NCBI GenBank assembly: GCA_963805975.1
Contig: CAWDVR010000005.1
Span: 512,001-576,000, forward strand
Reading direction: 5' to 3'
DNA length: 64,000 nt
From: an uncultured Acidobacteriota bacterium
Lineage (GTDB): Bacteria; Acidobacteriota; Thermoanaerobaculia; Multivoradales; SZUA-115
Shown: positions 39,873 to 49,528 of the stretch, in pieces
Position numbering within the stretch: position 1 is the stretch's first letter
Layout of the letters: each line of letters begins with the position of its first letter
Program-made: the position numbers and the translations under genes
The notes under the pieces: model-generated
The model's input: only the letters and a program-made list of their open reading frames with translations
What the model was told of the DNA's origin: nothing
The model's database searches: none

Positions 39873-42102
39873 GGCCGCTCGGGCCGGGATGCTCGCCGCC
39901 CTCCTCGCCGCCTGCTCCGACCCCGAGGCCGGGCACGGCTTCCGGTTGGACGAGGCGCTCGCCTCGGGCCTCGCGGAAGCCGGGGTCACGATCGCGGCCG
40001 GGGCCGAGCGCGCCGAGGTCGAGACGGCGGACGAGCGGCGCCCGGCGGTGGTGACGGACCTCGCGCCCTGGAGCTGGGAGGGCATCGTGCCGCGCCATGG
40101 CGCCTTCCACCTCGGCGCGCAGCTCGTGCCGGTGCCGGGAGCCGACACCGGGCGCTTCGAGGTGCGGGCGGAGCTGGCAGTGGGCCTCGGGCGCGAGGTG
40201 CTGGACGTGGGCGCGAGCCAGGAGGGCCGCTGGGTGGACCTGGCCGCGGACGTCTCCCGCTACGCCGGCCGGAAGGCGCGCCTCACCGTGACGCCATCGG
40301 CCACGGGCGACAGCGCCTCCGGCCACAAGGTCGCATGGACCTGGGCCGGGATCGAGCCGGCCGCGGCGGCCTCCCAGGAGCCAGCCCGACCGAACGTGCT
40401 CTTCATCCTCGTGGACACCCTGCGTGCCGACCACCTGACCCCGTACGGCTATGCGAGGGATACCTCGCCGCGCATCGCGCGCCTCCTGGCCGACCGCGGC
40501 GTGGTGGTCGAGACCGCCTACTCGCAGGCTCCGTGGACCGTGCCGTCCGCCGTCTCCTACATGACCAGCCGCTACCCCGGCGACCTCCTGCACGGCCCGA
40601 TGGAGAGCTACGCCATCCCCGAGGGCGTCGAGACCCTGGCCGAGCACTTCGCCGGCAAGGGCTACGAGACGGCGGCCTTCTACGGCAACTTCGTGCTGCG
40701 CGATGCCAACGGCTTCGGCCGCGGCTTCGCCACCCGCTACACGCCGCCGGCAGGGCCGGAGTCGAACCTGCTGCACGCGGACTCGGTCAACGCCCGCGCG
40801 CTTCCCTGGATCCGCAGCCACCAGCGCCGGCCGTTCTTCCTCTACGTCCACTACATGGACCCGCACGACCCCTACGACAACTCGGAGGTGGTGGACGGCC
40901 GCTCGCCCTTCTACCCGCAGTACCGGGGCAAGCTCTCGGGGCAGTGGGTGCACGGCGTCTACACCGGGGGCCTGCCGCTCGACGACCCGGCCGAGGACGT
41001 GGCCCACCTGACCGCGCTCTACGACACCGAGATCCACTACGTGGACCGGGCGATCGGAGACCTGCTCTCGGCGCTCGATCCGGAGGTGCTGGCCGACACG
41101 CTGGTGGTGCTCACCGCCGACCACGGCGAGGAGCTCTACGACCACGGTGGCTGGAAGCACGGCCAGACCCTCTACCAGGAGCAGATCCGCGTGCCCCTGC
41201 TCTTCCGCTGGGACCGGCGGCTGCCGGCGGGCCGGCGCCTGGCCGGCACCGTGCAGCTCCTCGATCTGCTGCCGACCCTCGCCGCGGCGGCGGGCAGCGA
41301 GCCCTCCGCGGCCTGGCAGGGCAGGAGCCTGCTGCCGGCGCTGGCGGGCGAGGCGCCGCTCGAGCGCCGGCCGGCCTTCGCCCAGCACCTGGCGAGCGGC
41401 CCGCTCCGTGCGGCGGCGATCGCCGGCCACAAGAAGCTCCTCTTCTTCAACCGCGAGGAGCCGTTCACGGCCACCAACGGCCTGATCGAGCACCTCTGGC
41501 GCCTGGACCTCGGGCGGCTCGCCCGCCGCGAGCTCTACGACCTCGAGGCCGATCCGGGCGAGAAGAGCAACCGGGTGAGCGCCGAGCCCACGGTCGCCGC
41601 GGCCCTCGAGCCGGTGATCGCCGAGCACCTCGACCGCGCCCTGCCGGGCCTCAAGATCCTCGCTTCCGGCCTCCCGGCGGGCTCGCGGCTGAGTGGTAGG
41701 ATCGTGCTCCAAGACCCCGCGGCAGAGTGGCATCCCTACTTCCTGGCACCCGCGGATCGAGTGACGGTTTCGGGCTCCGAGGTCGGCTTCGAGCTGGTGG
41801 GTGAGGCGGCCGAGGACGGGCCGCTCGAAAAGGGCCTCTGGTTCCCCGGCGAGGTGGCGGGGCTGGCACGGATCGAGGCGCGGCTTTCCGAGGGCGCCGT
41901 CGAGATCCTGGTCGGAGAGTCCGCCGCCTACCGTGGAGGCGCGGTCGCCGCCGCCGAGCTGCGTGCGGCGGGCAGGCCCGCCCGGCCTCCCGAGCGGCAC
42001 CCTGCTCTGCGGCTCTGGAGCCGGGCCCCCGCGGTGGGACCGCCGCGGCCGTCCGACGCCGAGGTGGAAAAGGGCCTGCGGGCCCTCGGCTACATCGAAT
42101 GA
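39859..42102 (+). CDS. Sulfatase-superfamily lipoprotein (Thr at nucleophile position)
   Basis: LAAC lipobox, PNVLFILVDTLRADH, APWTVPSAVS, HYMDPHDPY, YDTEI, ADHGE, C-terminal LRALGYIE. Confidence 0.87.
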   Translation: MTSPRAARAGMLAALLAACSDPEAGHGFRLDEALASGLAEAGVTIAAGAERAEVETADERRPAVVTDLAPWSWEGIVPRHGAFHLGAQLVPVPGADTGRFEVRAELAVGLGREVLDVGASQEGRWVDLAADVSRYAGRKARLTVTPSATGDSASGHKVAWTWAGIEPAAAASQEPARPNVLFILVDTLRADHLTPYGYARDTSPRIARLLADRGVVVETAYSQAPWTVPSAVSYMTSRYPGDLLHGPMESYAIPEGVETLAEHFAGKGYETAAFYGNFVLRDANGFGRGFATRYTPPAGPESNLLHADSVNARALPWIRSHQRRPFFLYVHYMDPHDPYDNSEVVDGRSPFYPQYRGKLSGQWVHGVYTGGLPLDDPAEDVAHLTALYDTEIHYVDRAIGDLLSALDPEVLADTLVVLTADHGEELYDHGGWKHGQTLYQEQIRVPLLFRWDRRLPAGRRLAGTVQLLDLLPTLAAAAGSEPSAAWQGRSLLPALAGEAPLERRPAFAQHLASGPLRAAAIAGHKKLLFFNREEPFTATNGLIEHLWRLDLGRLARRELYDLEADPGEKSNRVSAEPTVAAALEPVIAEHLDRALPGLKILASGLPAGSRLSGRIVLQDPAAEWHPYFLAPADRVTVSGSEVGFELVGEAAEDGPLEKGLWFPGEVAGLARIEARLSEGAVEILVGESAAYRGGAVAAAELRAAGRPARPPERHPALRLWSRAPAVGPPRPSDAEVEKGLRALGYIE

Positions 42103-44030
42103 CCTCCCTCCTGCCACCAGGCGAACCCGAACGCGTGGACGCGGCGAGCGCGCTCGTCCTCGCACCGCACTACGACGACGAGGTGCTGGGCTGCGGCGGG
42201 CTGGTGGCACGGCTCGCGGCCTCCGGTGCCGAGGTCGGCGTTCTCTTCCTGACCGACGGTACGGCGAGCACAGACGAGGGTGAGGATCCTCTCCAGCACG
42301 CGGCCCAGCGCCGCCGGGAGGCGGAGGCCGCCGGCGCGGTGCTCGGCATCCGTTGGAGCGAGCACCTCGGGCTCCCCGACGGCCGGCTGGAGCACCAGGT
42401 CGAGGCGGCGGCAGAAGGAATCGCGCGCCTCCTGGCCCAACGCCGGCCCCGGCTGCTCCTCGTGCCTTCGCCGCTCGAGGTGACGGCGGACCACCGCGCG
42501 GCCTTCGCGGCCCTGCACCGGGCACTGTCACCGCTCCGCGAAGCGGCGGGAGCTTCGACCCCCGAGGAGACCGCCCTGCTCGCCGCGACGGCGGAGCTCG
42601 AGGTCCTCGCCTACGAGGTCAACCGGCCTCTCTTCCCCAACCTGTTGGTGGACGTGAGCGCCGAGATCCCCAAGCTCGAAGCGGCCATGGCCTGCTACGC
42701 CAGCCAGCAGCGGCGGCACGACTACCTCCGGGCGCGCCTGGGTCTGTCGCGCTATCGCACGCTGACCCTCCCGGCCGGTGTGGAGGCGGCCGAGGCCTAC
42801 GTCCGCCTCGCGCCGGCAGACTTCGTCACCCGCAGTCACGCACAGCTCGTGGCGCACCTGGGGGGCGAGCCGCGGCGGCTCGAGGTGCGCGAGGGGCCGC
42901 GGATCTCGGTGGTGGTGCGCACCAAGGACCGCCCGGCCCTCCTCGCCGAGGCGCTGGCGAGCCTCGCCGCGGGTTTCTACCGCCGGGCCGAGGTGGTGCT
43001 GGTCAACGACGGCGGCCGGCCGCCGGAGGTCCCGGCCGACTTCCCGCTGCCGGTGCTGCGCATCGACCTGCCGCAGAACCTGGGCCGCGCCGCTGCGGCC
43101 CAGGCCGGGGTCGAGGCGGCGACCGGCGACTACGTCGCCTTCCTCGACGACGACGACATTGCCGCCCCCGAGCACCTCGCCACCTTGGCCGGGCTGGTCT
43201 CCACCGCCGGCCTGCGCGTGGCCTACACGGACGCCGCGGTCGGCGTCTACGAGCTCGACGCCCGAGAGGGCTGGCGCCTCGCCGAGCGTCGCCTGCCCTA
43301 CAGCCGCGACTTCGACCCCGATCTCCTGGCGGTCGACAACTACATCCCCTTCAACACCGTGCTCGTGGAGCGCGCGCTCTTCGCCGAGGTGGGGCCGTTC
43401 GACGAGTCCCTGCCCTTCTTCGAGGACTGGGACTACCTGATCCGACTCGCCGCCAGGGCGCCGTTCCATCACTTGCGGCAGGTGACCTGCGAGTACCGGC
43501 ACTTCCGCGGCGCCGGCCATCACGTGCTGGGAGAGACACCGAAGAACCGCGCCGACTTCCTGGCGATGAAGGAGCAGGTGCTGGCCAAGCACGCGACCCA
43601 CCTCACGCCGGCACGCCTGGCCGCCGTGGTCGATCGCCTGCGGGCCGAGATCGTGGACCTGGCCGAGGCTCGGGGCACGGCGCGGCGCGAGGCCCGGGAG
43701 CGGGCGGCCGCGGTCGCCCGTCTCGAGGCCCAGCGCGGCGAGGCCGAGGACCGCTTTCACCGCCTGCACGGCGAGCTGGTCTCGGTCCAGGGCGACCACG
43801 CGCGTCTGCTCTCGGAGATCGAGGGCCACGCCGGCGAGATCCGCCGCCTGCACGGCGAGGAACGGCGCCTGAACGACGACAACCAGCGCCTGGAGCGGGA
43901 CCTCACCGTGCAGACCGACCTCGTGGCCCGCCTCTACGCCGAGCTCGAGCGCCTGACGAAGCGCATCGAGGCCATGGAGTCGACCCGCGCCTGGCGTGCC
44001 CATCAATGGTGGCAGCGCAGGGTGCGATGA
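42099..44030 (+). CDS. PIG-L deacetylase + GT2 + coiled-coil fusion
   Basis: APHYDDE, RRRE, DH (PIG-L); VNDGG, FLDDDD, FEDWD (GT2); heptad-rich tail ending STRAW. Confidence 0.88.
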   Translation: MTSLLPPGEPERVDAASALVLAPHYDDEVLGCGGLVARLAASGAEVGVLFLTDGTASTDEGEDPLQHAAQRRREAEAAGAVLGIRWSEHLGLPDGRLEHQVEAAAEGIARLLAQRRPRLLLVPSPLEVTADHRAAFAALHRALSPLREAAGASTPEETALLAATAELEVLAYEVNRPLFPNLLVDVSAEIPKLEAAMACYASQQRRHDYLRARLGLSRYRTLTLPAGVEAAEAYVRLAPADFVTRSHAQLVAHLGGEPRRLEVREGPRISVVVRTKDRPALLAEALASLAAGFYRRAEVVLVNDGGRPPEVPADFPLPVLRIDLPQNLGRAAAAQAGVEAATGDYVAFLDDDDIAAPEHLATLAGLVSTAGLRVAYTDAAVGVYELDAREGWRLAERRLPYSRDFDPDLLAVDNYIPFNTVLVERALFAEVGPFDESLPFFEDWDYLIRLAARAPFHHLRQVTCEYRHFRGAGHHVLGETPKNRADFLAMKEQVLAKHATHLTPARLAAVVDRLRAEIVDLAEARGTARREARERAAAVARLEAQRGEAEDRFHRLHGELVSVQGDHARLLSEIEGHAGEIRRLHGEERRLNDDNQRLERDLTVQTDLVARLYAELERLTKRIEAMESTRAWRAHQWWQRRVR

Positions 44031-45313
44031 CGCGCATCGCGCTCCTGCCGAGCGAGCCGCTTCGCGCCCGCATGGCGGGCATCGGTCTGCGCTACCTGGA
44101 GCTGGCGCGGCGCCTGCCGCGGTCGGGTCTCGAGGTCGTGGTGCTGACGCCCGGCGAGCCGGAGGAGGTGCCGGCGCTGGTCCGCGGCCAGGGGGCGTCG
44201 GCGGAGGTCCGGCGCTTCGCGCGCGGCGGCCTCGCGCGCCTCCTCGCGGACTGCGACGGCGCCGTGGCGCAGGGCCAGCTCGCCAACGATCTGCTGCTCG
44301 AGTGCCCGGCGTTGCCGGTGGCGATCGACCTCTACGACCCGTGGCTGATCGAGAACCTGCACTACACCGCGACCCTGGGGCTCGATCCCTACCGCAACGA
44401 CCACGCCACGTGGGTGCTCCAGATGTCCCGCGGCGACTTCTTCCTCTGCTCGTCCGAGGAACAGCGCCGCTTCTACCTCGGCTTCCTGGCCGCGCTCGGC
44501 CGGCTCAACCCGCGGCGCGTCGAGACCGATCCCACCCTCGGCGGCCTGATCGCCACCGTGCCGTTCGGTCTGCCCGAGGAGCTGCCGCCGCACCAGCCCG
44601 TGCTCCCCGCGCGGCACGAGGGCGGCCGGCGCCTGCTCTTCGGCGGCCTCTACGACTGGTACGACCCGTGGACCCTGCTCGACGCCCTGGCGCGGCTCGA
44701 AGCCCTGCCCTGGACGCTGCTCCTGGTCGAGAACCCCAACCCGACCTCGACACCGCAGCGCCTCTTCGCGGAGGTGCGCGCCTGGTGCGAGGCGCGGGGC
44801 TGGTGGGGCAGCCCCAACCGCCGTGCCAGAGTCGAGGCGATCCCCTGGGTGCCGTTCGAGCGGCGCTACGACCTGCTGCGTGACGTGGATGCGCTGGTGG
44901 CCACCCACCGGCCATCGATCGAGACCGAGCTGGCGCTCAGGACCCGGTTTCTCGATGCTTTCGCGGCCGGCTGCCCGGCGGTGGCGAGCGACGGCGGCAC
45001 CGTGGCGCGGCTGATGCGCGAGGAGGGTGCCGGCTGGGTGGCGCCGCCGGGCGACGCGGCGGCGCTGGCGGCCTGCCTGGAAGAGGTCCTCGCCGGCGGC
45101 GAGCCGGTGGCGGCCCGGCGGCGGGCGGGCCTCGCGCTGGCGCGACGGTTCTCGTGGGACGCGGTGCTGGCGCCGCTCGTCGCCTGGTGCCGGGAGCCGC
45201 AGAGCGATCCCACGAAGGACGACTTCGCCTTCCGGCCGCCCACCGTGGCGCCTCCGGACACGTTCTCCTTCCGCCTGCGCCGGCGCCTCGCCACGCTCCA
45301 GGGAGAGCGATGA
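44027..45313 (+). CDS. GT4-like glycosyltransferase
   Basis: MAGIGLRY, DLYDP, GGLYDWYDP, RTRFLD, FSWD; ATGA overlap. Confidence 0.82.
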   Translation: MTRIALLPSEPLRARMAGIGLRYLELARRLPRSGLEVVVLTPGEPEEVPALVRGQGASAEVRRFARGGLARLLADCDGAVAQGQLANDLLLECPALPVAIDLYDPWLIENLHYTATLGLDPYRNDHATWVLQMSRGDFFLCSSEEQRRFYLGFLAALGRLNPRRVETDPTLGGLIATVPFGLPEELPPHQPVLPARHEGGRRLLFGGLYDWYDPWTLLDALARLEALPWTLLLVENPNPTSTPQRLFAEVRAWCEARGWWGSPNRRARVEAIPWVPFERRYDLLRDVDALVATHRPSIETELALRTRFLDAFAAGCPAVASDGGTVARLMREEGAGWVAPPGDAAALAACLEEVLAGGEPVAARRRAGLALARRFSWDAVLAPLVAWCREPQSDPTKDDFAFRPPTVAPPDTFSFRLRRRLATLQGER

Positions 45314-46671
45314 GCGTGCCGCGCAAGGTCTCGGTCGCCATCCTGTCGTGGAACGGCCGCCACCACCTCGCGACCTGCCTCGCGGCGCTCGCCGAGCAGC
45401 ACGACCCGGGGGTGCCGTGGGAGATCCTGGTGCTCGACAACGGCTCGCGCGACGGCACCGCGGACTGGCTCGCGGCGCGCCACCCGGAAGTGCGGGTGAT
45501 CGCGAGCCCGGTGAACCTCGGCTTCTGCGCCGGCAACAACCGGCTGGTGGAGGAGGCGACCGGCGACGCCGTGGCGCTGCTCAACAACGACACCCGGCCG
45601 CGGCCGGAGTGGCTCGCGGCCCTGGTCGATGCGCTGGCCGCGGCGCCGCCGGACGTGGCGGCGGTCTCCGGCCTGATCCTCGACTGGGAAGGGCGGCGGC
45701 TCGACTTCGCGCGCGGCGCCATGACCTTCGACGGCCACGCCTTCCAGCTCGGCTTTCGCCGGCCGCTCGCGGCAGTGGAAATGCCGGCTGCCGGCACCGA
45801 GCTGCCCTTCGCCTGCGGCGGCAACCTGCTGGTGCGGCGCGAGTCGTTCCTGGCGGCCGGCGGCTTCGACGCCGACTACTTCGCCTACCTCGAGGACGTG
45901 GACCTCGGCTGGCGGCTGTGGTCGGGCGGCGAGCGGGTGCTGTTCGCACCCGAGGCCGTGGTGCACCACCGGTCGAGCGCCACGAGCGACCTCCTCGGCC
46001 TCTTCAATCGCGGGTTTCTGTTCGAGCGGAACGCCTTCCTCACCGCCTACAAGAACTACGAGGAAGGGCTGTGGCAGAAGATGATGCCGGCGGTTCTGCT
46101 GACGCTCCTCCACCGCACGCAGGTGCTTCTCGAGCGCAACAACCCCGGTGGCCACGAGCTGGCTATCGACCCCTACGCCGGTCATATCGCGGACACGGCG
46201 CCCGGCGCCGCAAGGCAGCCCAGTGGTGCGCCGCCCGCGATCGCCGAGCCCGCTGCCTGGAGCGGCGACCGGCTGCTGGCCGGGCTGCGCGAGAGGTGGC
46301 AGCGCCACGGTCCGCGGGAGTTCCTGCGCCGCGGCATCGTGTCGGCGGCCAACCGCCTGCTGGGCACCTCCGCGACCGGGCCGGTCGGGCGCCCGGATCC
46401 GCCGTGCCTGACCGACGAGCGCTCCATCGCCCAGCTCAGGGCGCTCTCCTATCTCGGCGGCCACCTGGGCGCCGCCGCAGCCAAGCGCCGCTCCATCCAG
46501 ACCCGCCGGCGGCGCTCCGACGCCGAGTACTTCGAGCGCTTCCCGCTCTACGTCGTGCCCACCTATCCAGGAGACGAGGAGCTCTTCGCGAGCGCGGGGT
46601 TCGAGAGCTGGCTACCGGAAGGCGTGCCGCTGGTGCGGAGCACGCTGGGTGAGGTGATGGAGGTGGGGTAG
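45310..46671 (+). CDS. GT2 glycosyltransferase
   Basis: ILSWNG, DNGSRDG, NLGFCAGNN, LLNND, GGFDADYFAYLEDVD. Confidence 0.9.
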   Translation: MSVPRKVSVAILSWNGRHHLATCLAALAEQHDPGVPWEILVLDNGSRDGTADWLAARHPEVRVIASPVNLGFCAGNNRLVEEATGDAVALLNNDTRPRPEWLAALVDALAAAPPDVAAVSGLILDWEGRRLDFARGAMTFDGHAFQLGFRRPLAAVEMPAAGTELPFACGGNLLVRRESFLAAGGFDADYFAYLEDVDLGWRLWSGGERVLFAPEAVVHHRSSATSDLLGLFNRGFLFERNAFLTAYKNYEEGLWQKMMPAVLLTLLHRTQVLLERNNPGGHELAIDPYAGHIADTAPGAARQPSGAPPAIAEPAAWSGDRLLAGLRERWQRHGPREFLRRGIVSAANRLLGTSATGPVGRPDPPCLTDERSIAQLRALSYLGGHLGAAAAKRRSIQTRRRRSDAEYFERFPLYVVPTYPGDEELFASAGFESWLPEGVPLVRSTLGEVMEVG

Positions 46672-46679
46672 GGGTTGAT

Positions 46680-46907
46680 ATGCTGGCCGCGATGCCCCGG
46701 CTTCCCACCAGTGGCCCCGAGCACCACGACGCGGGCGCAGCCGCCGAAGACGCCTTCTCCGGCCAGCCGTTCACGGACTTCTCGCCAGAGGGTGTGGACC
46801 GGAACCTCATCCGATCCATGCTCGAGCTGACGCCTACGGGGAGGCTCCAGATGCTGCAAGGGGCCGCAAGCAGCGTGTGGGCTCTACGGCGTGCAGCACG
46901 AACCTAG
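46680..46907 (+). CDS. Small protein, putative antitoxin
   Basis: 75 aa, GVDRNLIRSMLELTPTGRL, overlaps the downstream nucleotidyltransferase-like gene. Confidence 0.55.
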   Translation: MLAAMPRLPTSGPEHHDAGAAAEDAFSGQPFTDFSPEGVDRNLIRSMLELTPTGRLQMLQGAASSVWALRRAART

Positions 46908-47376
46908 GTTCCTCGATCTCCTGGCAGTGCTCGACCGGCACGGTGTCGAGCACGTCGTGGTCGGTGGCGTAGCTGCTGCCTTCGCTGGCGCTCCGATTAT
47001 CACGCTGGACCTTGACGTCGTTTTCCGCCGGACGGCAGAGAACGCTGTGCGGATGGATGCTGCTCTACGGGAGGTCGACGCGATCTATCGCGACCCGGCC
47101 GGCCGCCACATAGTGCCGGATGTCGAGCGTCTGCTCGCAGGCAAGATCCACCTACTGGAGACGCGATCGGGCTACCTTGACGTGCTCACTGCGATCGGCG
47201 CTGGCCTGACTTTCGAGGATCTCGAGCCGCGCTCGATCTCGATGGAGGTAGCCGGTCTCACGGTCAAGGTGCTGGATCTCGCGGTCGTGATCGAGACCAA
47301 AGAGCATGCCAACCGGCCGAAGGACCGAGCCGTTCTGTACGAGCTTCGCGAGACGCTACGGCTCCGGAGCTCGTAG
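46891..47376 (+). CDS. Pol-beta superfamily nucleotidyltransferase-like protein
   Basis: VVGGVAA...TLDLDV, later LDVL, K...RPKD motifs. Confidence 0.75.
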   Translation: MQHEPRFLDLLAVLDRHGVEHVVVGGVAAAFAGAPIITLDLDVVFRRTAENAVRMDAALREVDAIYRDPAGRHIVPDVERLLAGKIHLLETRSGYLDVLTAIGAGLTFEDLEPRSISMEVAGLTVKVLDLAVVIETKEHANRPKDRAVLYELRETLRLRSS

Positions 47377-47433
47377 GTCGCTCTGCTACCATCTCCGCCT
47401 TCGCTCATCTCTCACCGCTGGAGGCCCTGTCCC

Positions 47434-49524
47434 ATGCTCTTGCGCCGTGTCCTGTCCCTGCTCGCTCTCGCCTCGTTTTTTTCCGACTCGCTCTGCGCCG
47501 CCGAATCGATCTCGCCTCCCACCCGCCGCCCGATGACGGCCGAGGACCTTTGGGCCATGGAGCGGGTGGGTGATCCGGCCGTGTCGCCGGACGGCCGCTG
47601 GGTGGTGTTCACCGTCACCCGCTACTCGGTCGAGAAGAACCGGGGCAACGGCGACCTCTGGCTGGTGCCGGCGGACGGCAGCGCAGCGCCCCGGCGGCTG
47701 ACCTGGAACGAGGGCGCGGACGGCTCGCCGGTCTGGAGCCCCGACGGCAAGCGCCTGGCCTTCATCTCCAAACGCGGGGACACGCCTTCGCAGCTCTACG
47801 TGCTGCCGCTGGAAGGCGGCGAGGCCGAGCCGGTGACTGAGCTGCCCATGGCTCCGGACTCGCCGAAGTGGTTTCCCGACGGGCGCCGCATCGGTTTCCT
47901 CGCCCTGACCTGGCCGGAGCTGAACGACGACCTGCCGGCGGTCAAGAAGCGGCTCGACGCCGCCAAGGACGACAAGACGCAGGCCCGGATCAGCGAGGGC
48001 CGGCTGCTGCGCTTCTGGGACGAGTACAAGACCGACGGCCGTGTGGCGCACGTCTTCGCCGTCGACCTCGACTCGCGCCAGGTGACCGACCTCACGCCCG
48101 GCTCGAAGCGCCTCCTGGGGCTCCAGGAGGTGGGTGACTGGGACCTGGCGCCGGACGGCCGCGAATTCGCCTTCTCCGCCAACTCGACCGCGCCGCCGTA
48201 CACCACGCTCAACTACGACGTCTTCACCGTGCCGCTCGCCGAGGACGGGAAGCCGGGTGAGGCGAAGAACCTGACGGCGGCCAACCCGGCGGACGACTCG
48301 TCGCCCGTCTACTCGGAGGACGGCCGCTACCTCCTGTACGGCCGCGGCCGCCGGCCGGAGAACGACGCGGACTTCACCAAGCTCGCGCGCTACGACCGGC
48401 GCTCCGGCGAGGTCCGCGGCCTGATGGAGGATTGGGATGTCGCGCCTGCGGACTGGTCGACGTCGCGCGACGGCGCGATGATCTACTTCCAGGCCGAGGA
48501 ACGCGGCCGGGTCCACGCCTATCGCGCGGCCATCGACGGCGGCGCGCCGCAGCGGCTGGCCGAGGGCGGCTCGATCTCGGGCGTGGCGCTCGCGAGCTCG
48601 GGAACAGACGGCGCCAACCCGCGGATCGTCTTCCGCCGTGAGTCGATGCTCGCGCCCGCGCAGATCTTCGCCCAGGAGGTCGAGGGCTCGGCGCGGGCCC
48701 TCACCAACTTCAACGCCGCGCGCCTGGCCGAGCTGGACCTCGGTTCGATGGGGGAGCGCACGGTGCGGGGCGCCGGCGGCGACGAGGTCCACGTGATCCT
48801 CGCCTTTCCGCCGGGCTTCGACCGCACGAAGAAGTGGCCGCTCCTCCATGCCGTGCACGGCGGCCCGCACGGCGCTTTCTTCGATCAGTTCCACTTCCGC
48901 TGGAACGCGGCCCTCTTCGCCGCCCGCGGCTACGTGGTGGCGATGGTCAACTTCCACGGCTCGACCGGCTACGGCCAGGCCTTCGCCGAGTCGATCGTGG
49001 GCGCGCACGGTGACAAGCCCTTCGCCGACGTGATGGCGGCGACGGACGCGCTCCTGGCCGAGGGCTTCATCGACGAGAAGCGGATGGCGGCGGCGGGGGG
49101 CTCGTACGGCGGCTATCTCGTGTCCTGGATCCTGGGCCACACGGACCGCTTCGCGGCGCTGGTGGACCACGCCGGCGTCTACGACCTGATGGGCCAGTTC
49201 GCCTCGGACGCGACCTGGGGCCGCTCGCTCAACTACGGCGCCTCGCCGTGGACCGATCCGGCGCGGGTGGATCTCTACTCGCCGAGCCGCTTCGCCAAGG
49301 AGTTCGCGACGCCGACGCTGATCCTCCACGGGGAGAAGGACTACCGCGTGCCCTACACCCAGGGCGTGAACCTCTACGGCGTGCTCCAGGGCAAGGGCGT
49401 GCCGTCGCGGATCGTGATCTTCCCCGAGGAGAACCACTGGGTGCTCAAGCCCCAGGCCGCGCTCCTGTGGTGGAAAGAGGTCTTCGCCTGGCTGGATCGC
49501 TTCGCGCCGGGCGGGGGACGGTAG
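47434..49524 (+). CDS. S9 family peptidase (dipeptidyl/acylaminoacyl peptidase)
   Basis: Signal peptide, PD40 repeats (SPDG), HGGP, GGSYGG, HGEKDYRV, ENHW. Confidence 0.93.
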   Translation: MLLRRVLSLLALASFFSDSLCAAESISPPTRRPMTAEDLWAMERVGDPAVSPDGRWVVFTVTRYSVEKNRGNGDLWLVPADGSAAPRRLTWNEGADGSPVWSPDGKRLAFISKRGDTPSQLYVLPLEGGEAEPVTELPMAPDSPKWFPDGRRIGFLALTWPELNDDLPAVKKRLDAAKDDKTQARISEGRLLRFWDEYKTDGRVAHVFAVDLDSRQVTDLTPGSKRLLGLQEVGDWDLAPDGREFAFSANSTAPPYTTLNYDVFTVPLAEDGKPGEAKNLTAANPADDSSPVYSEDGRYLLYGRGRRPENDADFTKLARYDRRSGEVRGLMEDWDVAPADWSTSRDGAMIYFQAEERGRVHAYRAAIDGGAPQRLAEGGSISGVALASSGTDGANPRIVFRRESMLAPAQIFAQEVEGSARALTNFNAARLAELDLGSMGERTVRGAGGDEVHVILAFPPGFDRTKKWPLLHAVHGGPHGAFFDQFHFRWNAALFAARGYVVAMVNFHGSTGYGQAFAESIVGAHGDKPFADVMAATDALLAEGFIDEKRMAAAGGSYGGYLVSWILGHTDRFAALVDHAGVYDLMGQFASDATWGRSLNYGASPWTDPARVDLYSPSRFAKEFATPTLILHGEKDYRVPYTQGVNLYGVLQGKGVPSRIVIFPEENHWVLKPQAALLWWKEVFAWLDRFAPGGGR

Positions 49525-49528
49525 GCCG

